Positions 12,701-27,700 of a stretch of 64,000 nt of DNA are shown here, piece after piece. This DNA is from Phallusia mammillata (taxonomy: Eukaryota). The position numbers and the translations under genes are program-made. The notes under the pieces were generated by a model. It was not told the DNA's origin. It searched no databases and saw only the letters and a list, made by a program, of their open reading frames with translations. Each line of letters starts with the position of its first letter. The stretch's first letter is position 1. The stretch is from positions 9,176,001 through 9,240,000 of the forward strand of contig OZ281494.1 of NCBI GenBank assembly GCA_965637545.1, given 5' to 3'.

Positions 12701-15700
12701 TTTTTTTTTCAGCTGGTAAACAAAGGTTTTGTTCATAACTTTTTTTAAGTACCCTCCATTTCTAAAAAAAACAGTATTGGATTTTTTAGGGATTCGAAAC
12801 TCTATGCTGTTAATTTCCACGTAAAGCCCCAAACAAGCAATCAGGCTACCAACAAAATAAAACTTACATGTTAACATTTGATGTCCAGTCTGCGGAGTCA
12901 AAAGAAGTCGTGTTGGGATTTCCAAATCGTGCAACCTGCACAAGTGCACCTGAAGGTATCAAGACCCGTTGGTTATTTTCCACCAATGAACGTAGAGCAG
13001 CGCAATCGCCAAACTCAGCTTTCGACAAACGAAGCAAGCATCCCGTCGACATATCTTGGCCGAATAAGGGCGCTGTTGTACCACTTTGCGCACAAAGACC
13101 ACTGGAATCTGCCAAAATGATAAGGACTTTTTACGATATTCCGTATGGAGCATTATGTTGTTGAGTACGCCTTCCATATATCCTGTCAGCATATTTTTTT
13201 CTGTTTTCTGTGTATAAGTGTTACATACGATGCTGGACTAAAATCAATATTTAGTAAACCTTCTCACATTCTCTCATAATCAATAAAGCAAAAATGTTTC
13301 GCAAGTCACAATAAAGAACATGGCGGATCTATTTTTTTAAAGCCGTAGCCTGGTAATAATTAAACAACATTGAAGAGTGCACCACATGTCGTAGAATTAC
13401 TGTTGTTTCACAGCGCCACAGCAAGTACATTTTGCAAAAAAATCCTTGTTCACAATTTCGCTTCTACTAAATGTTGCACTGCATTTACATTACGCATTCT
13501 TGACATATATTTCACAAAGCTCAAATTTGATTTACAATTTAAGGATGGTATCCTTTTTATTTGGGACCTTTATACAGTTTTTGACAATGTACAAACGTTT
13601 AGACAAGCAACACTACATACATTATTATGTCCATTACTATTTCAAATTGCTATAATTTTTTATGTTATATTTGTTTTTCTTCTTATGGCGAGGAATGAAT
13701 AGTTCGAAAATGGGCAAAGGGGGGAATGTAACAAAAAAGGTTGGGAACCACTGACTTAAACTAAAAAGAATCAATCAGCTCGATGCTTGGTGGATACAGA
13801 CTATAATGTACGGCATGTCTATTAATTTAAGTTCATAAAAGCATTAGGTCTTTTTCGTCAAGATTTTAAAACATGCACATTTCACCTAAACAGCTTCATC
13901 GGTATTTTATTCAAATTTAACGTTTGGACAAGAGTAGAAATATTTTCGAAAGAGCCGCGAAATAAATCATATGACTTCAGACAATGTTAGCAACAAATTT
14001 CATTAAGGACAACTTTCTCCTATTGCATGGTGTTTTCCACAATCCGTGGCTAAAAATCGTGTCAAAACGTTGTGGTGCAACTCGGATAGCTGTAAATTTC
14101 TCCTCACATTTCACTACAACATTGAATTTCCGTGAAAAAACTTAGTTACAGTGTAGCAAATTTTTGTTTCGTAAATATTTTGGTCAAAATAATCTTCACA
14201 GCTCCCGGAACGTGAAGCGAGATTTTGAAGCTGTTACGGCGGTCTCCATCGAAAATGGCCAACGGTGCGATTTTCGAAGGTTAGTTTTGTCCGCTGGAAC
14301 GTGGGAATATTTTATAGAATTTGGTCAATGAGTTTAATTAACAACGCCAACCTAATGTGGAATTTCATATTTTTTGACATTGGATTAAAATTCCTTTTGA
14401 ATTCTGGAAAAGGCGCTTTTTCAGGTTGTGTTGCAATAAGTTACGTAAAATGAACTTGTTTGAAGCGATAACGCGAAACATTTTACAACTAAACAGAAAT
14501 TCAAAATATTTTCACAGATAAGTCTTCATATAAAAGTTGCAATTTAGGTAAAGCTTTTACGATTACAACAGTGCAGAGACCTAAAATCTCGCAGCTCAAA
14601 AAATTACGTTAGCAGTATCAGGTTTTTTTTTTAAGGTTTGGTTTGGGTGACCGCTAAGTAGTTTTAAGAGACCGCAAGTGTTTCATTTAAATACCAAAAA
14701 ATAGCCATATTTGCTTTTGGGAAACCGCTGGAGAAATTTACACCTAAAAAAACACTGAGCGGCATATGTGCAAGATAAATCATACTACACCTTGCACATC
14801 TACTCATATAATCGGTTATAATACAAAATCCCAACCCAAGGTTAGGCATGTGCAACCGACAATTTTCTGCGAACACGCTGACCGGGGGCAGCAGTTTTTG
14901 ACGTCATCGCCATTAAACCCAATGATTTAATAGGTTATGTTAAAGTGTGTAGTTTGCGGCTTGCACCTCGCACACTCCTATTCGCCGAATTTCAACCACA
15001 AATTTATACTTCCAGCGCAATTTGAGCAAAACAGGGGTTAGTGTCAACCTTTTCGCGTAGATTTCCACCTTGCGGCTAGAATGTTTCGTCACCAACACCA
15101 CTCACGTGACACATGACGGAACAAAAGTCGCCAATAATCTAAAAAAGGCCGATGCAAATAACCAGGAAACTACAGCTATTTTTTCTTAGAAATTCTGCCT
15201 AAATTGTCGAAATAATGCTATGATTAGTCACAAACTGCGGCCTAAAAATGGATTTTTTTATGAACAACAAATCATAGCACAACAAATGCTAAATACAACA
15301 AATCAGTTAAGCTAATACTGTTCGGCGATTTTTAATTTTGACATTGTAATTGCTAACATCACAACAATGTTTGTTAAGTAATTTTGACAGTGCCGAGCTG
15401 TATTTAGCACAACCTAGATATTAGATGCGATAATTACGTTGGTGTATGGCCCAGAGCATTGGGGGGCATGTAAATTATCCATAAATAGTAATCCTAAATA
15501 TAGTTACATTTTAACGTAATATTTTTGACGTTCTACTGACACGTGTAAAACTTTTTCAAAAAACTTTCGTTGTTTGTTCTGTCTATCTTTGAAACATACA
15601 TTCGTTTTTTTAATATGTTTTGTGAGAAGGTAGGTGCAGTTAGCCATGTAAATTTTCGAACCCATTTACAGACTATTTTAAAATATATAAGTAAACGCTT

Positions 15701-18700
15701 TTACTGCGTTCAACTTAGTCCAGTACAGAAAGTCGTACAGCAGATTCGCAGCAACTCACTGCTTTACTTTGCCCCAATAAAAAAATGCGAAAATTTAACT
15801 TGGACAAGATTCGAAAACAGAACATAGCGTCCACAGGATTCCCAAAATTTATCCGCCATTTTGGTGAACAGGACACAGAAGCGGCGGCAACAACAAGTCG
15901 CGTTGGCGTTACAAAATACAGCGTTTCCATTTTCAACCACAAATTAGCGCAAGCGTCAAGGTTGAAACTACGCCCACGTTGACACAAAAGAGCATTGTGC
16001 GGAGGGGAAAGCCGCATGTCCACCAGCATGTATAAGTGTTGCCGAAAATAGCCACGACCTTTTGTCTTGATCTGGTTTTGCATCTTTGATTATTTTGTAA
16101 ATATGTTCAACCAAAAGTTCACTCGCATGGCATTTTGTGATGTTTAAACTAGTCATCGTCGTTTGAAACCAACAGAAGCGAAGACTTTCCACTTCTTTCG
16201 CATTAAGTGATGAAGTGGTTTTGAATGAACGGTTTCAAATGTTAACGTTTTCATTTCTAAAGATTAATAACCGTATGGGCAAATCAACGCGGTGTTTTTG
16301 TGCGGATAATTCGCCATTTAGCATAAGTTCATACAAGTTTGTGACAACGTACGCACGCCTACAGCGAAAAACAACAACAGAATACATTAATTCATGTTCA
16401 AGACGAGTACATTTGCTGCAAATCAACCGTAAAAATGTACCAAATTGATGGTTACTAAATGGCAACTGTAAGGTCAAATTGTGCTAAATTCACACAGACG
16501 CGCGTTTTCAGGAGTGAAAAGGCCGGAATGTTGGTGGCGGTTTAGTGGAGTAGCAGCGCTCGCCAAATGTCGTTTGTTAGCACTTGACCGACTTCTCAAA
16601 ATTGCCAGATCCGCAGCAAGCGATTTGTTCGGGAGAATGTCGAACTAAACACAGAGCAGCGGTCATCGTCGGGAACGCGGTCACGTACGTGGCGATTTTC
16701 AAGGTGACTCCAAGGTCAAACAACAGCTTGGTTGATGGACGGCTCGTGAGTGCCGCGCAAATAGGATTAGGTTTATCAACCAAAGAGCGTTGTAAGAGCT
16801 ACTCGTTCGGTGCAAACCAGAAGCCACAGTAGCCACTCGCATACAAGGCAAGACTGCAAAACTGGGAAGTCCCAGGCCTTGACAAATGCGGGATTCGCAT
16901 TAAAATTAAAAGTGTAAACAGACTTAAAACATACGTGCGCGAATCAAAACAACAAATTGCTCCTGTTTAGCATGGACAGTCTCTTAACTGAAACTATATT
17001 ACATCATGTGTTCACTCGCTCAACACAAACGCACAAAAACGCGAAATGCAAGATGGTTATGAGACCGTAGGGTTAACCGTTAAACCGTCATGGCCAGTCC
17101 ATTGTTTCATCAAGGTAAAGTTTTCACTGTCATTAAGTAACGATAAAATTCCAAAACAGTGATAAGGGGACAAGACATTTTCAACCGAGAAAAGATATGA
17201 AGCCCATTTCGTTTGAAAAAAACAAAAATTGTATGACCCAAGTTGGTGGAATGGACAATTGCAATTTAGAGCGTCAGGTTTTAACACCAATTTGACATGG
17301 TAAATATATAGGCGAAAATACTTAATTCGACCATGTGCTTAAGCGCCACAACAAAGCTTCCAGACGTTTTAAGTGGATTTGTTTGCATGTCTAAATATTC
17401 TTCACGATGCGGAATGCATTGGTTTTCGGTTGTGCCTTTATATTAAGCAAGAAATTATCACTGCCTTGAGCGGTGACCAAGCAAAGCCTGTTACAAAACA
17501 CTAAATATTACTAAATTACTACAGAAATCTACAAACGTATGTGTTATTAAGTCTAATGAGAACTGCACCGCTCCAAATAGACGAAAAATCGACATGATAT
17601 GTTGATGTATGAGGGAATAGAAATAAGTAGTGTTACATCTGCCAAAATTAGGTTGTACATTATACAAGAAACGAAACCAAGTGTTCGTCAAAAAAAAACG
17701 TGCCAGTAAGATATGCGCGGTTTGTGTAAATAAATCAATTACTACAACAATCCGTTGGAGAAAAACTCCAATTTCCTGTCAGTTTTACAATTGGACAGTT
17801 TGTAATTTCTATTTTGCATTTCACCAATCAATTTCCTCGACTCCTTATACAGCAATCATTGCCTGCCTGTCATTTTGACCCGATCAAATTGTAAGTCTGT
17901 GCCAAAGGACGGTCATCATCAGTCTACTAACGACTGTCCAAATGGCGTCAAAAGTTCACAACACTCAACAACAGTGTTATGGAATCGATCAAGAGATTGC
18001 CTATAACGAAGTTTTCAAACTCCAACAGTAATTGGTGGTCTGAAGATCATACCAATTTTTATTGGATAAGGGGATTATTATCCAATTGACGCGCGAATCT
18101 TTTGTTCATCTGGAAGTAAGAAGCCAACGCCCAAATCGACATAAACGCTAGATACGTATAAGGATGTGTGTGGTTTTGTCGTAAAAACTATTTTCCTTGG
18201 GAGATTAAAATTTGAGGCCGAGAACCGGTCGTGAAGGGCGTTGGTTTGAAATCTGTGTCTGCCTCTTGTGTATTCCGAGACAAACTACTTGAACGCCTGT
18301 TAGAACAAACGATCTGTTTACGTTGCGTTGTATATGTGAAACCTACAATTTGGTTCAATAAAATTGTTAAATTTACCTGCAAGACCTAAAATTAACTCGG
18401 TCATACAAATTGATTGCAAATTGTTCGCTTTCAGGTGATTTTGGGTCACTAATCGGACACTCAAACACAAAGAGTTTTTCATCATACACAATGTTACAGT
18501 GTTTAAATTAATTAGCCGCGCCTTCAGTTTGTCACGATCTTTGTCTGTGTAGAGAGAAAGTACATAGTATGGAAAGCAGTTTCGAAAACAAAAGCTTTCA
18601 AAGAAATTTTGATGGAACCTCTTAAAAAAATTCACAACAGACACATTTCAACCCTATCTTATAATACACATTACGTAATGTTTAAATCACTTTGTGTTTA

Positions 18701-21700
18701 TTATCAAACGTTTTGGTATGCATGTCGGTCGCACACGCTACAAAACATGCAAATAACACAGGCGCTCGAAGTACGGTCGTTTAAACGCATGAATAACCGG
18801 AAAATAAGAACATTTTATTCCCCCAAGTTATACATAGAAATGAAATTGTGGCGAAAAATACCGTTGTCATGACTGGGCACAAAAATACAATGACACAGCG
18901 TTACGTCATGTAACGACGCGTTTGCACGCGTTTCTAAACTTCCAGCAATATTTTTATTTATGATAACTTTTTGTTATTTTTATGATCAGTACCAACTCCT
19001 TGACGAAACAAATTTCCGGAAGTTTTTTATAAAAGCCTCCATATGTCACAAATTTAAACCTAAGCGAAAACACAATTTTCTCTCTAATAGAACGTTATGT
19101 GGCAGGGCTGCAGAAAACGGTTTGAGTTAGAAAAACAGCAAACAGGAATTGCCCGTAGCATTTAAAACTACAGGCAATAAGTAAACAAAAACCCCAATAC
19201 AGAAAAGCGTAACAAAAGTATTCAAAGGTAGTAAGTGCTTTAATAGATATTGTTGTGTTTTTTCCGAGTGTAAGGCTATACCGTGAGTAAATTGTATTAG
19301 TCGGATAAGTGCAACAAATTATTGAATGTGACCAGTTTTTTATGACCATATTTGGAATATCGAGCTACGATGTATAAACAGTTTCCTTCGTTTTAAAAGC
19401 ATTTTTTGCTGGCGGCACACATAGCCGATATTTGAACCACCAACAACACAAACGCAAAATCGACTTACTAATCACATAAATTCAATCGTAATCGGACCAA
19501 ATGGTAAAAAGGTCAAAACGCAGGGGACTGTATCAGAACCGTGTACATATGCACAACCTAATTTATCACAATAACCTGCTTCACCAATCCATCGATGCCG
19601 TCGTTATCAGTGTATTACACAGATAAGCCACAAATTCGCAATTAAGTTGCGCCACGCCCTAAGCTAAGTAGCGTCGCTCAATCAAGCCATTAAAATCCGC
19701 AAGAACGAAACCATTGATGAATAATTGCACTGAAGGTGATTAGCAGCAGCCATGTATATGTATATTTCGACAATCACAGCTTTGCCACTGTTACTATATC
19801 CACGCTAGATTGACAAATCCAAACAAAAATGCCCGTTGGAAAATAAACAAACGCAAAAAGCCTGATTGTTCGGTGACATTTCCTCCGGAAAAACAACAAC
19901 AAATGTGTTGAAATGTGTTACCCAGAAACGCTAACAAATATACGAAATTAATCGCTGTAATTGCAAGAATTGGCCGGATCAGGGACTGGTTAAGCATCCG
20001 TGTTTGAACCTTTTTTGAATGTCGGTTAGAGTGTTGTTTGTTTTTGATAGATTCCACTTGTTCGTCAACGAAAGTGGAAACCAAAGCTTAAATCAGTTTT
20101 ATCTTTTGCGCAAGATCCAAAAGCAAAATATACAATCGGGTTAAGCCCAAAACTGCTTGTCGATGCTGTTTAACTGATTATATCTATCATCAAGCCAACG
20201 CAATGGACAACAAACCTTGTAGTCACCTAATGGCCCGGTGCCTTTATCAGATCACCTAATTGGTTTAGGTTGTGGGGTTGAACAATTCGGTCCGGTCAAA
20301 CTCAACTAAAAATGGGATTAAGATAAAAAAAAAACCTTCTTATCATAGGCATATCGGCTGCTGAGTACACAACAAAGTTAGAAGCACATGAAATGTTGAA
20401 GGATTGATGCATTTTTGGCGTCGGGGCAGGTCAAGATGGGCAAGCGATTAGACAGAAACGATGCTAAGGGTCCTGTTCAAGAGTGAGACAAAGGTTAAGA
20501 GCAAGAAAAGTAATAAGGGTTTGGGGTGTGTAAAGTGAAAGACAAGACATGAGTTTGAGATGATGCATATTTAACCTTTGATGGCGTGATTGGTAAACAT
20601 TATCTCAAAAGAATTTGTGGAAGTTTGTTTTGCAAGCAGAATGTGTTGTTTTGAAAGTTGACGAGATAACTATCCCCTTTAAGCTGCGCGCTTGCACAAT
20701 ATGGTTCTGCTCACTCATTTTCCACCAGTGCACAAGAAAACGTATTCTGCATATAAAATGGTGCGTGGTCACAGCGTGTGCATGAATGTTGCACATCATG
20801 ACGTTCAGTGTAGAGCTGCTGGACACATGGCAAATGTATAAAGCTGCGCGCTAGCACAATATGGTTCTGCTCACTCATTTTCCACCAGTGCACAAGAAAA
20901 CGTATTTTGCACATAAAATGGTGCGTCGTCACAGCGTGTGCATGTATGTTGCACATCATGGCGTTCAGTGTAGAGCTGCTGGACACATGGCAAATGTATT
21001 TTCAAACACACGACAAAATCCAGGGAACAATAAACAAGGTGTTATAGGTGGAAAGCACACGGCGTGGGTAGGGGTGCATCAGCTGCACACATTAAAGTTA
21101 ACACATATGTTTTTAGATTTCGTATACAACTTTATCCTGATACAAATATGTGTATTTTGTGACCCAAAATCATCGCGTAAGATCAGAAATGATAAGATCG
21201 GTTTTAACCACAAGAGGGTTCATCTCGAGTTTACTGGCAATTGAGCTTGACGTTAAGCGCTCGAAACGATTTAAGTGCGTTTTATTATGCAAGTAAGGAT
21301 GTTGGAAGCTACTCGTTTGAAACGCGATAATTTGAGTTAACAGCGGCCAAACGTTGGGTAAATTGGATTGCGTTAAGTGGATCTTCAGCCAAACGCGTTG
21401 CTCCAAACCGCAGAGCAGTCTTCCAGGAGTTTTACTTTGTGGCCAACTTTCTCAAAACCTAAACTTGTTTTTTGAGTAAAGTGTTCATATAGTTTGTCAC
21501 AAGCAATGTCGCCTAAATATTATGTTCCGCAGAATGCAAAATGCACAAACTGCTAACAGACATGCATTTCTTTTTTGTAAAACCCGATAATATTGGCGAA
21601 AGCGGTTTGCACACATGCAGTTATATAACCTGACAAAAATTTAACCCAAACCGAAAGACTTGTGCAAAACAATGTTAATCGTCCTGTTGCGTAGAGATTA

Positions 21701-24700
21701 ATTGTTGCATGTAGGTTTGTGTTTCGACGGAAACAGGATATTTTTACACCAAGAAAACGCTTTCTGCGAGTTTCACCTGGTTTACGCAGCTTGGCGGTCG
21801 AAAGCAAACCAGGCGATCTTGTTTCGTTGCCCTGGCGTGCCCGCAAGATGTTTAACGTCGCTCGTATTTTAGCCAACGATAAATCACCTTAAGCAATGCA
21901 CACGAAACAACGGACCTGGGCAGTCCGCAAAGATACGAGAGCGTGAGAAGGTCAAAACGCCAAGCAAAATGTTTGCCGGTTCGAACGCGAAAACTTGGTT
22001 TAAGCCAGCAGTCGAGCACTCAAATTGAGTAAAGTAAGTAGACGCAGAGGTAGGCCATTTGCGAGGAAATATATGTGAAGGCAGCAGTTTTGTACAAGGC
22101 GGCAATTAGGTAAAGTTTTAACGAGTGTAAACCCAAAGTGGAAGAGATTTATACACTGGAATTTGGGTGAAAGGCAGGAGATGTATCGGATTTTGGTTGG
22201 TTTTCTAATGGTAACATATGATAAAAAAATAAAAAGGACCCAAGAAAATTAGATTTAATGGTTTATACGTCGTGTCGTATCTTATGGTTTTGTAGTTTTT
22301 GGACAGAACTTTAATACTGAAGTCAGGGCGTGTAACGCTGTTGTGTAACAGCCAGGTAATCAAGATTAACAAAGGCTGTTCCCAACCTTGGTCTGGAACA
22401 AATCGTGACATGGCAAAAAGTTTGGCGTACGCTGCGCGAGGTTTTCACAGAGAAAAAGTTTGCTTTTAGGATAATGATTGCATGTTCCAAATGCGGTGAA
22501 AGACATGGTATATGCACAAACATGGTTGTTCGCATTTACCATGGCCTTAAGGTTCGAGTGACTGCTTGTTTATGAAGCTGTTTGATAACTCGTGAAACGT
22601 TAGCCCATCTTAAGAAGTTTATTTTGATTTACCAAAACAATACATTTTCTTGTCTCTTCTAAGCTCAAATCTTTTTCTTAGCGAATAGCAGATTCGACAC
22701 CATACTAAAATTCATAACTCATCATTAGCACGTCTATAGTGCTGATTGTGATTGGCATTAATTGCAATTAAATGCAGATCAAGTAATAATAATCAAATGG
22801 TCTAAATTGCCAATGCGTGAGTTAAGGAAATTCGTGTAACATTTATTTAAATGTGTCAACTTTTGTTGGGAATGTAAAAACATAGTTACGCCATGTTAAT
22901 CGCCGTGTTACAAACGAGATTGAGACAAAAGTGAATAAATGACAATAAATTACAGACAAAGCAGGATCTGCGTTTTGCCTACAGCTAATTTGCAGAAACT
23001 CTTAATTTCTGATAAAAAAGTTTCTGAAAAATCGGGAGCAATGAAGCTGAAATTTGCAGCCCATAATGAACACGAATTTGTACGCAAAAACACGATGAAA
23101 ATCAACGCACGCCCATAACTAACCGATTTTTACGCCATTTTTGTGACATAACTTTTCCGAGATCATATCCCAATACCACTTAATGCAACAATGTTACCTT
23201 AACGGGAGAAACGTTGTCATACATTTTTGGTATACATTAAGCAACACAACAGCGCAATGTTTGACCCCGGGTTTACAAGCTGAAACCTTAACCAGCAAAC
23301 GTGAAGTTTTTGCGTCAGTGTTATTCTTGGTTGAAAGTTGGGATATATAACTGAATGTTAGTTTGTAGGCCAATGGTCTAATAAACCGAAAAAAGTGGTT
23401 ACAACTGAACAGAACAATCGATGAATGTGTCACACAAACCTTTGCCCGATACTTGTCTCAATCAGCGCTGTTAGCAAACTTATGTCCAAAAAACAAAAAC
23501 AAATCATAAACCACACAACACCAATTTCTTACAAACGCTACAAAAAATTGGATCATCGTTACTTAGCAATAACATCAAACAGTTAAACATTATCGTGGTT
23601 AAAATTAAATGTTTTATTTGTTATTAGCATGTTAAAATATAAACGAGTTTCGTAAACTGGTCATTCAACCCGTCCTAAAATCCAAGCATTTGTTCAAGGA
23701 AAAGTGTTTAAAAATGGGAACCCATAATTACTCAGGTTATCGACAGAAACGCAAAGGTTGTTTTTTTGCGCTTAGACTACATAAGTGCATGGATTTAGGT
23801 TGCAACCCTTCATTTCGACACAAATGCCGAGTCACTGTGAAATCAGTTCTTGATTTTGACCGGCGTATTATTAGATTGGAAACGTGACTTGTCCCGCGGA
23901 GAGCGAATATAACATATTGACCAAATAAGATTACTAAATATAGCAAAGTTAAACTTATTTTTCGTGAAAATACTAATAATATTACAGGCTGTGAAAGAAC
24001 AGCAGTACAGCACATTGCGGTTAGTGACACGTGCATTGCAAATTTTTGTTTGTTTGTTTTTGGAAATGGACATGAATTCAAGTTGTATGCGCTTACGAGC
24101 CACATTTTGGTAATGATGTAATAACCTTAAAACTTAACATTGAGGGGATTTCAGGTCCACCTTAAAATTTTGGATTACCACGAATTCTTAAGCGTTTTTA
24201 GGTCTTAAACGCGCCTTACGAAAAAAAATCTTAAACGTACAAAGCGACGAAGCATTGATGCTGTGCGCATAAAGAACACCAAGCAAACCTGAGACCTTAG
24301 CAGCCCGACTCATTCGGGATTAATGTCAAATCAAGATTTCAAGATGAAAAAGCAAAATGTTAAGGATTTCAATTCTATGTATTTAAAAGTACTGTGGTAT
24401 GTGGTTGAATTTTTTTCAAACAAATGTTAAAAAACGCTTTTTCCTTGCGCTATGAAACTCAATTGACATTGGCTTGCTTTATCAGCTGTGTCAATCAGGG
24501 AGGATGATGTAAAGAAGGTTTTTTCAGATATGTAATTTTTAGTCAGTGGCCAAATTAAGTTTGTTGGTCATACATACATTATTTCAAACAATTTTGCTTA
24601 AGATTGTAATAGGGTCAAACTGTGATTTAATCAAATTTTGTGATCAACAAATCAACAATCTTGCCTTATCTAATAACCACTCGCTACTTAGCAAAAACGT

Positions 24701-27700
24701 CATTGATTGTGAGTCACATCAGAAAGCAGCAGGTACCTCTGTTAACGGCCAACATCAGGCATAGAAATTTGCAGCAGCTCAAAGTATCGTTTAAAACAAC
24801 TAGGACGAACGGCGCAAAAATATTTACACACTTATCGACAAACAAAATTATTCTTCGCAGAATTTCGAAACAGGTGTTGGGTTGTCGGACCGGTTTCCTT
24901 GCCAACAGGTTTCAATGTTCAACGAAGCCACCATTTCAGTTCAGATGATGGATATGCGATTTAAGCGAGTTTGAGAGCGAGCTAAGCGCGATCACGCGTA
25001 CTCAAAAAATGTGAAAGGTGTAGTAGACAAAAATAAAAGGATAAAAGTTTTGTTTGACCTTTTCTACAGAAAAAAAGCGTAAAAATATGTCGGCCACACG
25101 AAACAGGAGCACTAACACGCACAAGCGTGCAAGCAGCAACATCCAACTAGTTTTTTCGAAATCAAATACCAATGCCCGTTTATTGTATTCCGAAGGTATT
25201 CCAAAAGTTTGGTTGGTAAAACATTTTACACAGCGTTTATTCAGATAACGAACAATCCAGTTTCAACAACATGTTAATAACCTGCGTTGTGTGTAGGTCC
25301 ATCATTAGCGGAGAAACGTTACATTGGCGTTTTGCCCAAAGCAACTAACAATCAAAAATATGCCAAGCGCAACTGAGAATTAACTCGAAAGGCCAAAAAG
25401 GTCATCGCCGTAGTATTAAGCCACTAAAAACCGAAGGTAACTCCGGCCTGAGCACAGTTTCTCGCCAATACAGCGTGTGGATACAATTGCCCGTCGGCAA
25501 CAATTGAAATCACAGTTCTCCGCGTTTGAAGCAGGTATTTTGGCTCAAAGAACGCGATTCTTGTCGCATTGGCATCACACCACTTGTCGCTACGCATCCT
25601 TTACGTAATATAAAGACAATTGTTGCCCTCAAAGAAGTCTGCTGGGCGCGTCTCCTTATCCACACACACACACGCACAAGAAATATGGTAATATTGTGGC
25701 TCGAATGTGGTGGATTCTGTAAGCGCAGTGCTTGAAGCGGGCGTTCTGGCATCTCGGCAAGCTGTAATTATCATTTCTGTGAGCTTAGTTTAAAGCCTAT
25801 GTGTCATCGCATGGTCGGTATTTCGCAAAAGCACCATGCCGGGAGTTGCCACATGTGCACTGAATGCGCGGTATTTCTGTGTTTGACACATTTTGCTTTC
25901 AATCAACGTCGACAAAAGAGTATAAATAACACACGGAAAACCACAAACAATTTGATCACTTATATGCGACGAGACTGAAATTGCAACTTGCATTATTAGT
26001 CTGGATTCATTTATTTGTGTTTTCCGATGCTTCAAACAAATCGGTGGACAGGTATCAATTATACCATCACTTTAAATTGATTTTCGAACTCAGGCATGGC
26101 GTTTAACCAAGGCGAAGTAATAGGCTAAAACAGAAGAAAAAAAAGATTGGACAAAACTGCAAACAATGCTTAAAAACCTAAGGCAAAAAAAGAACCTAGT
26201 CTGATGATAATACGCTAGTACGGTCGTCTAGGTTCATTTCGGTTGGCTGTTTATTAGACTTGCCAATAAACAAACCAACGTTTTCGCGAAAATAGGTCAC
26301 ATTGAAATTACCACTCCACAAATACCGATCGATCCAAAAAAACTCAACGGCATTTACCGCAAAGATTCCAGACATCCTGTCCGTGTCACGAAATAATGGG
26401 TTCAATCCGTTTCAACCGACTTTCAGACAACTATATAGCGCTCGACCTATCTTCACCGATTAAACCTACATCAACCCAAGCCTGATACTTATGCGGTTAA
26501 ACATCCCTTGCAAACGGACAAAACTTTGGCTGAACCTTTGTAGTTTTTAGGAAGAACAGACAACGAGATAAATGCTATACATATGCAAAAATCAAGGTTA
26601 CGTTAGTGAATCCGCTACTTCATGTAGCCACGAAGATACACTCGTTTCTTGTTAAATCTATAGCGAAAGCATACATTTAGATTTATTCATTGTTTGAATT
26701 TTTCCTATACATATCACCGTTTAAAGCAGGGGTGGGCAACATACGGCCCGCGGGCCGGATCCGGCCCGCGACGGAATTTTGAGCGGCCCGCAGACGGTTT
26801 CTGGTCTTGCATGATAACGTGGCCCACGGCCACAGTCTTCCGCAATCCCCTACTACTTGCTTACTGCGTCAAATTATAGTTGTAACGGACAGTAACGCTC
26901 CCCAATAGCAAAAAAACTTTCCCGCCGTTGTAACCATCGCACCATACGTCCATTGTTACGACATAACTGCCAACCTTGTGGGTGGCCTGATTTCTCGGTT
27001 TTCTTTCTTTCCACACGTGTTGCCTAGTTAGTGTTTCAGCAGTACCTAAGTCTGTGGTGTATGCATTAAATTTGCTGTGGTGAATAATTTTATGTTATAT
27101 CAGTTAGATTGTTTGGACTGTATTGTAATTGCGACGTTCTTGATTGTATTTAGTTTAGGTGGTCAAAAATCCGTTTTAAATCACTGGATAAATACGCGAT
27201 TAATATATCGATTCAGGAATCCGGCCCGCCAAGTACTTCATTTTCCCATATCAGGCCCGCCGACTGGAGAAGTTGCCCGCCCCTGGTTTAAAGGTACATA
27301 TGAAGTGTTAAAGTTTCGGAATTGCTTGAACTATTTTTAAAAAGTAATTCATTGCAGTCAGTGAGCTAACTGTAACTACATGCCAAACGGTTTACGCCAG
27401 CAATACGAACAAAAGCGAAAAACAACCGACACCTTGCGTCAAATACACCTTGACAACACAACAAATTCTTTTCGAAAAGCGTGGCCTGCAATTGCGATAA
27501 AACCACAGCACAAAATTGCTACAAAGTTTGGGCAGTGTGAATCTTCCCAAGAAACTGTTACGTTGAAATCAACCACAAACACGTCGTTTGGTAAAATAAA
27601 GAATGTTTTCTTCACACATCATTAAAAAATCGAGTTAAAGCGCGGTCACACAATACAAAGCCAAGCATTCTTGCTAGTTTGAAAGCATTACATTAAAAAC

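Noticed and set aside
19794-20084. SLIRPIL motif suggesting a LINE RT C-terminus
   Set aside because: It is a single short motif with no colinear RT motifs nearby.
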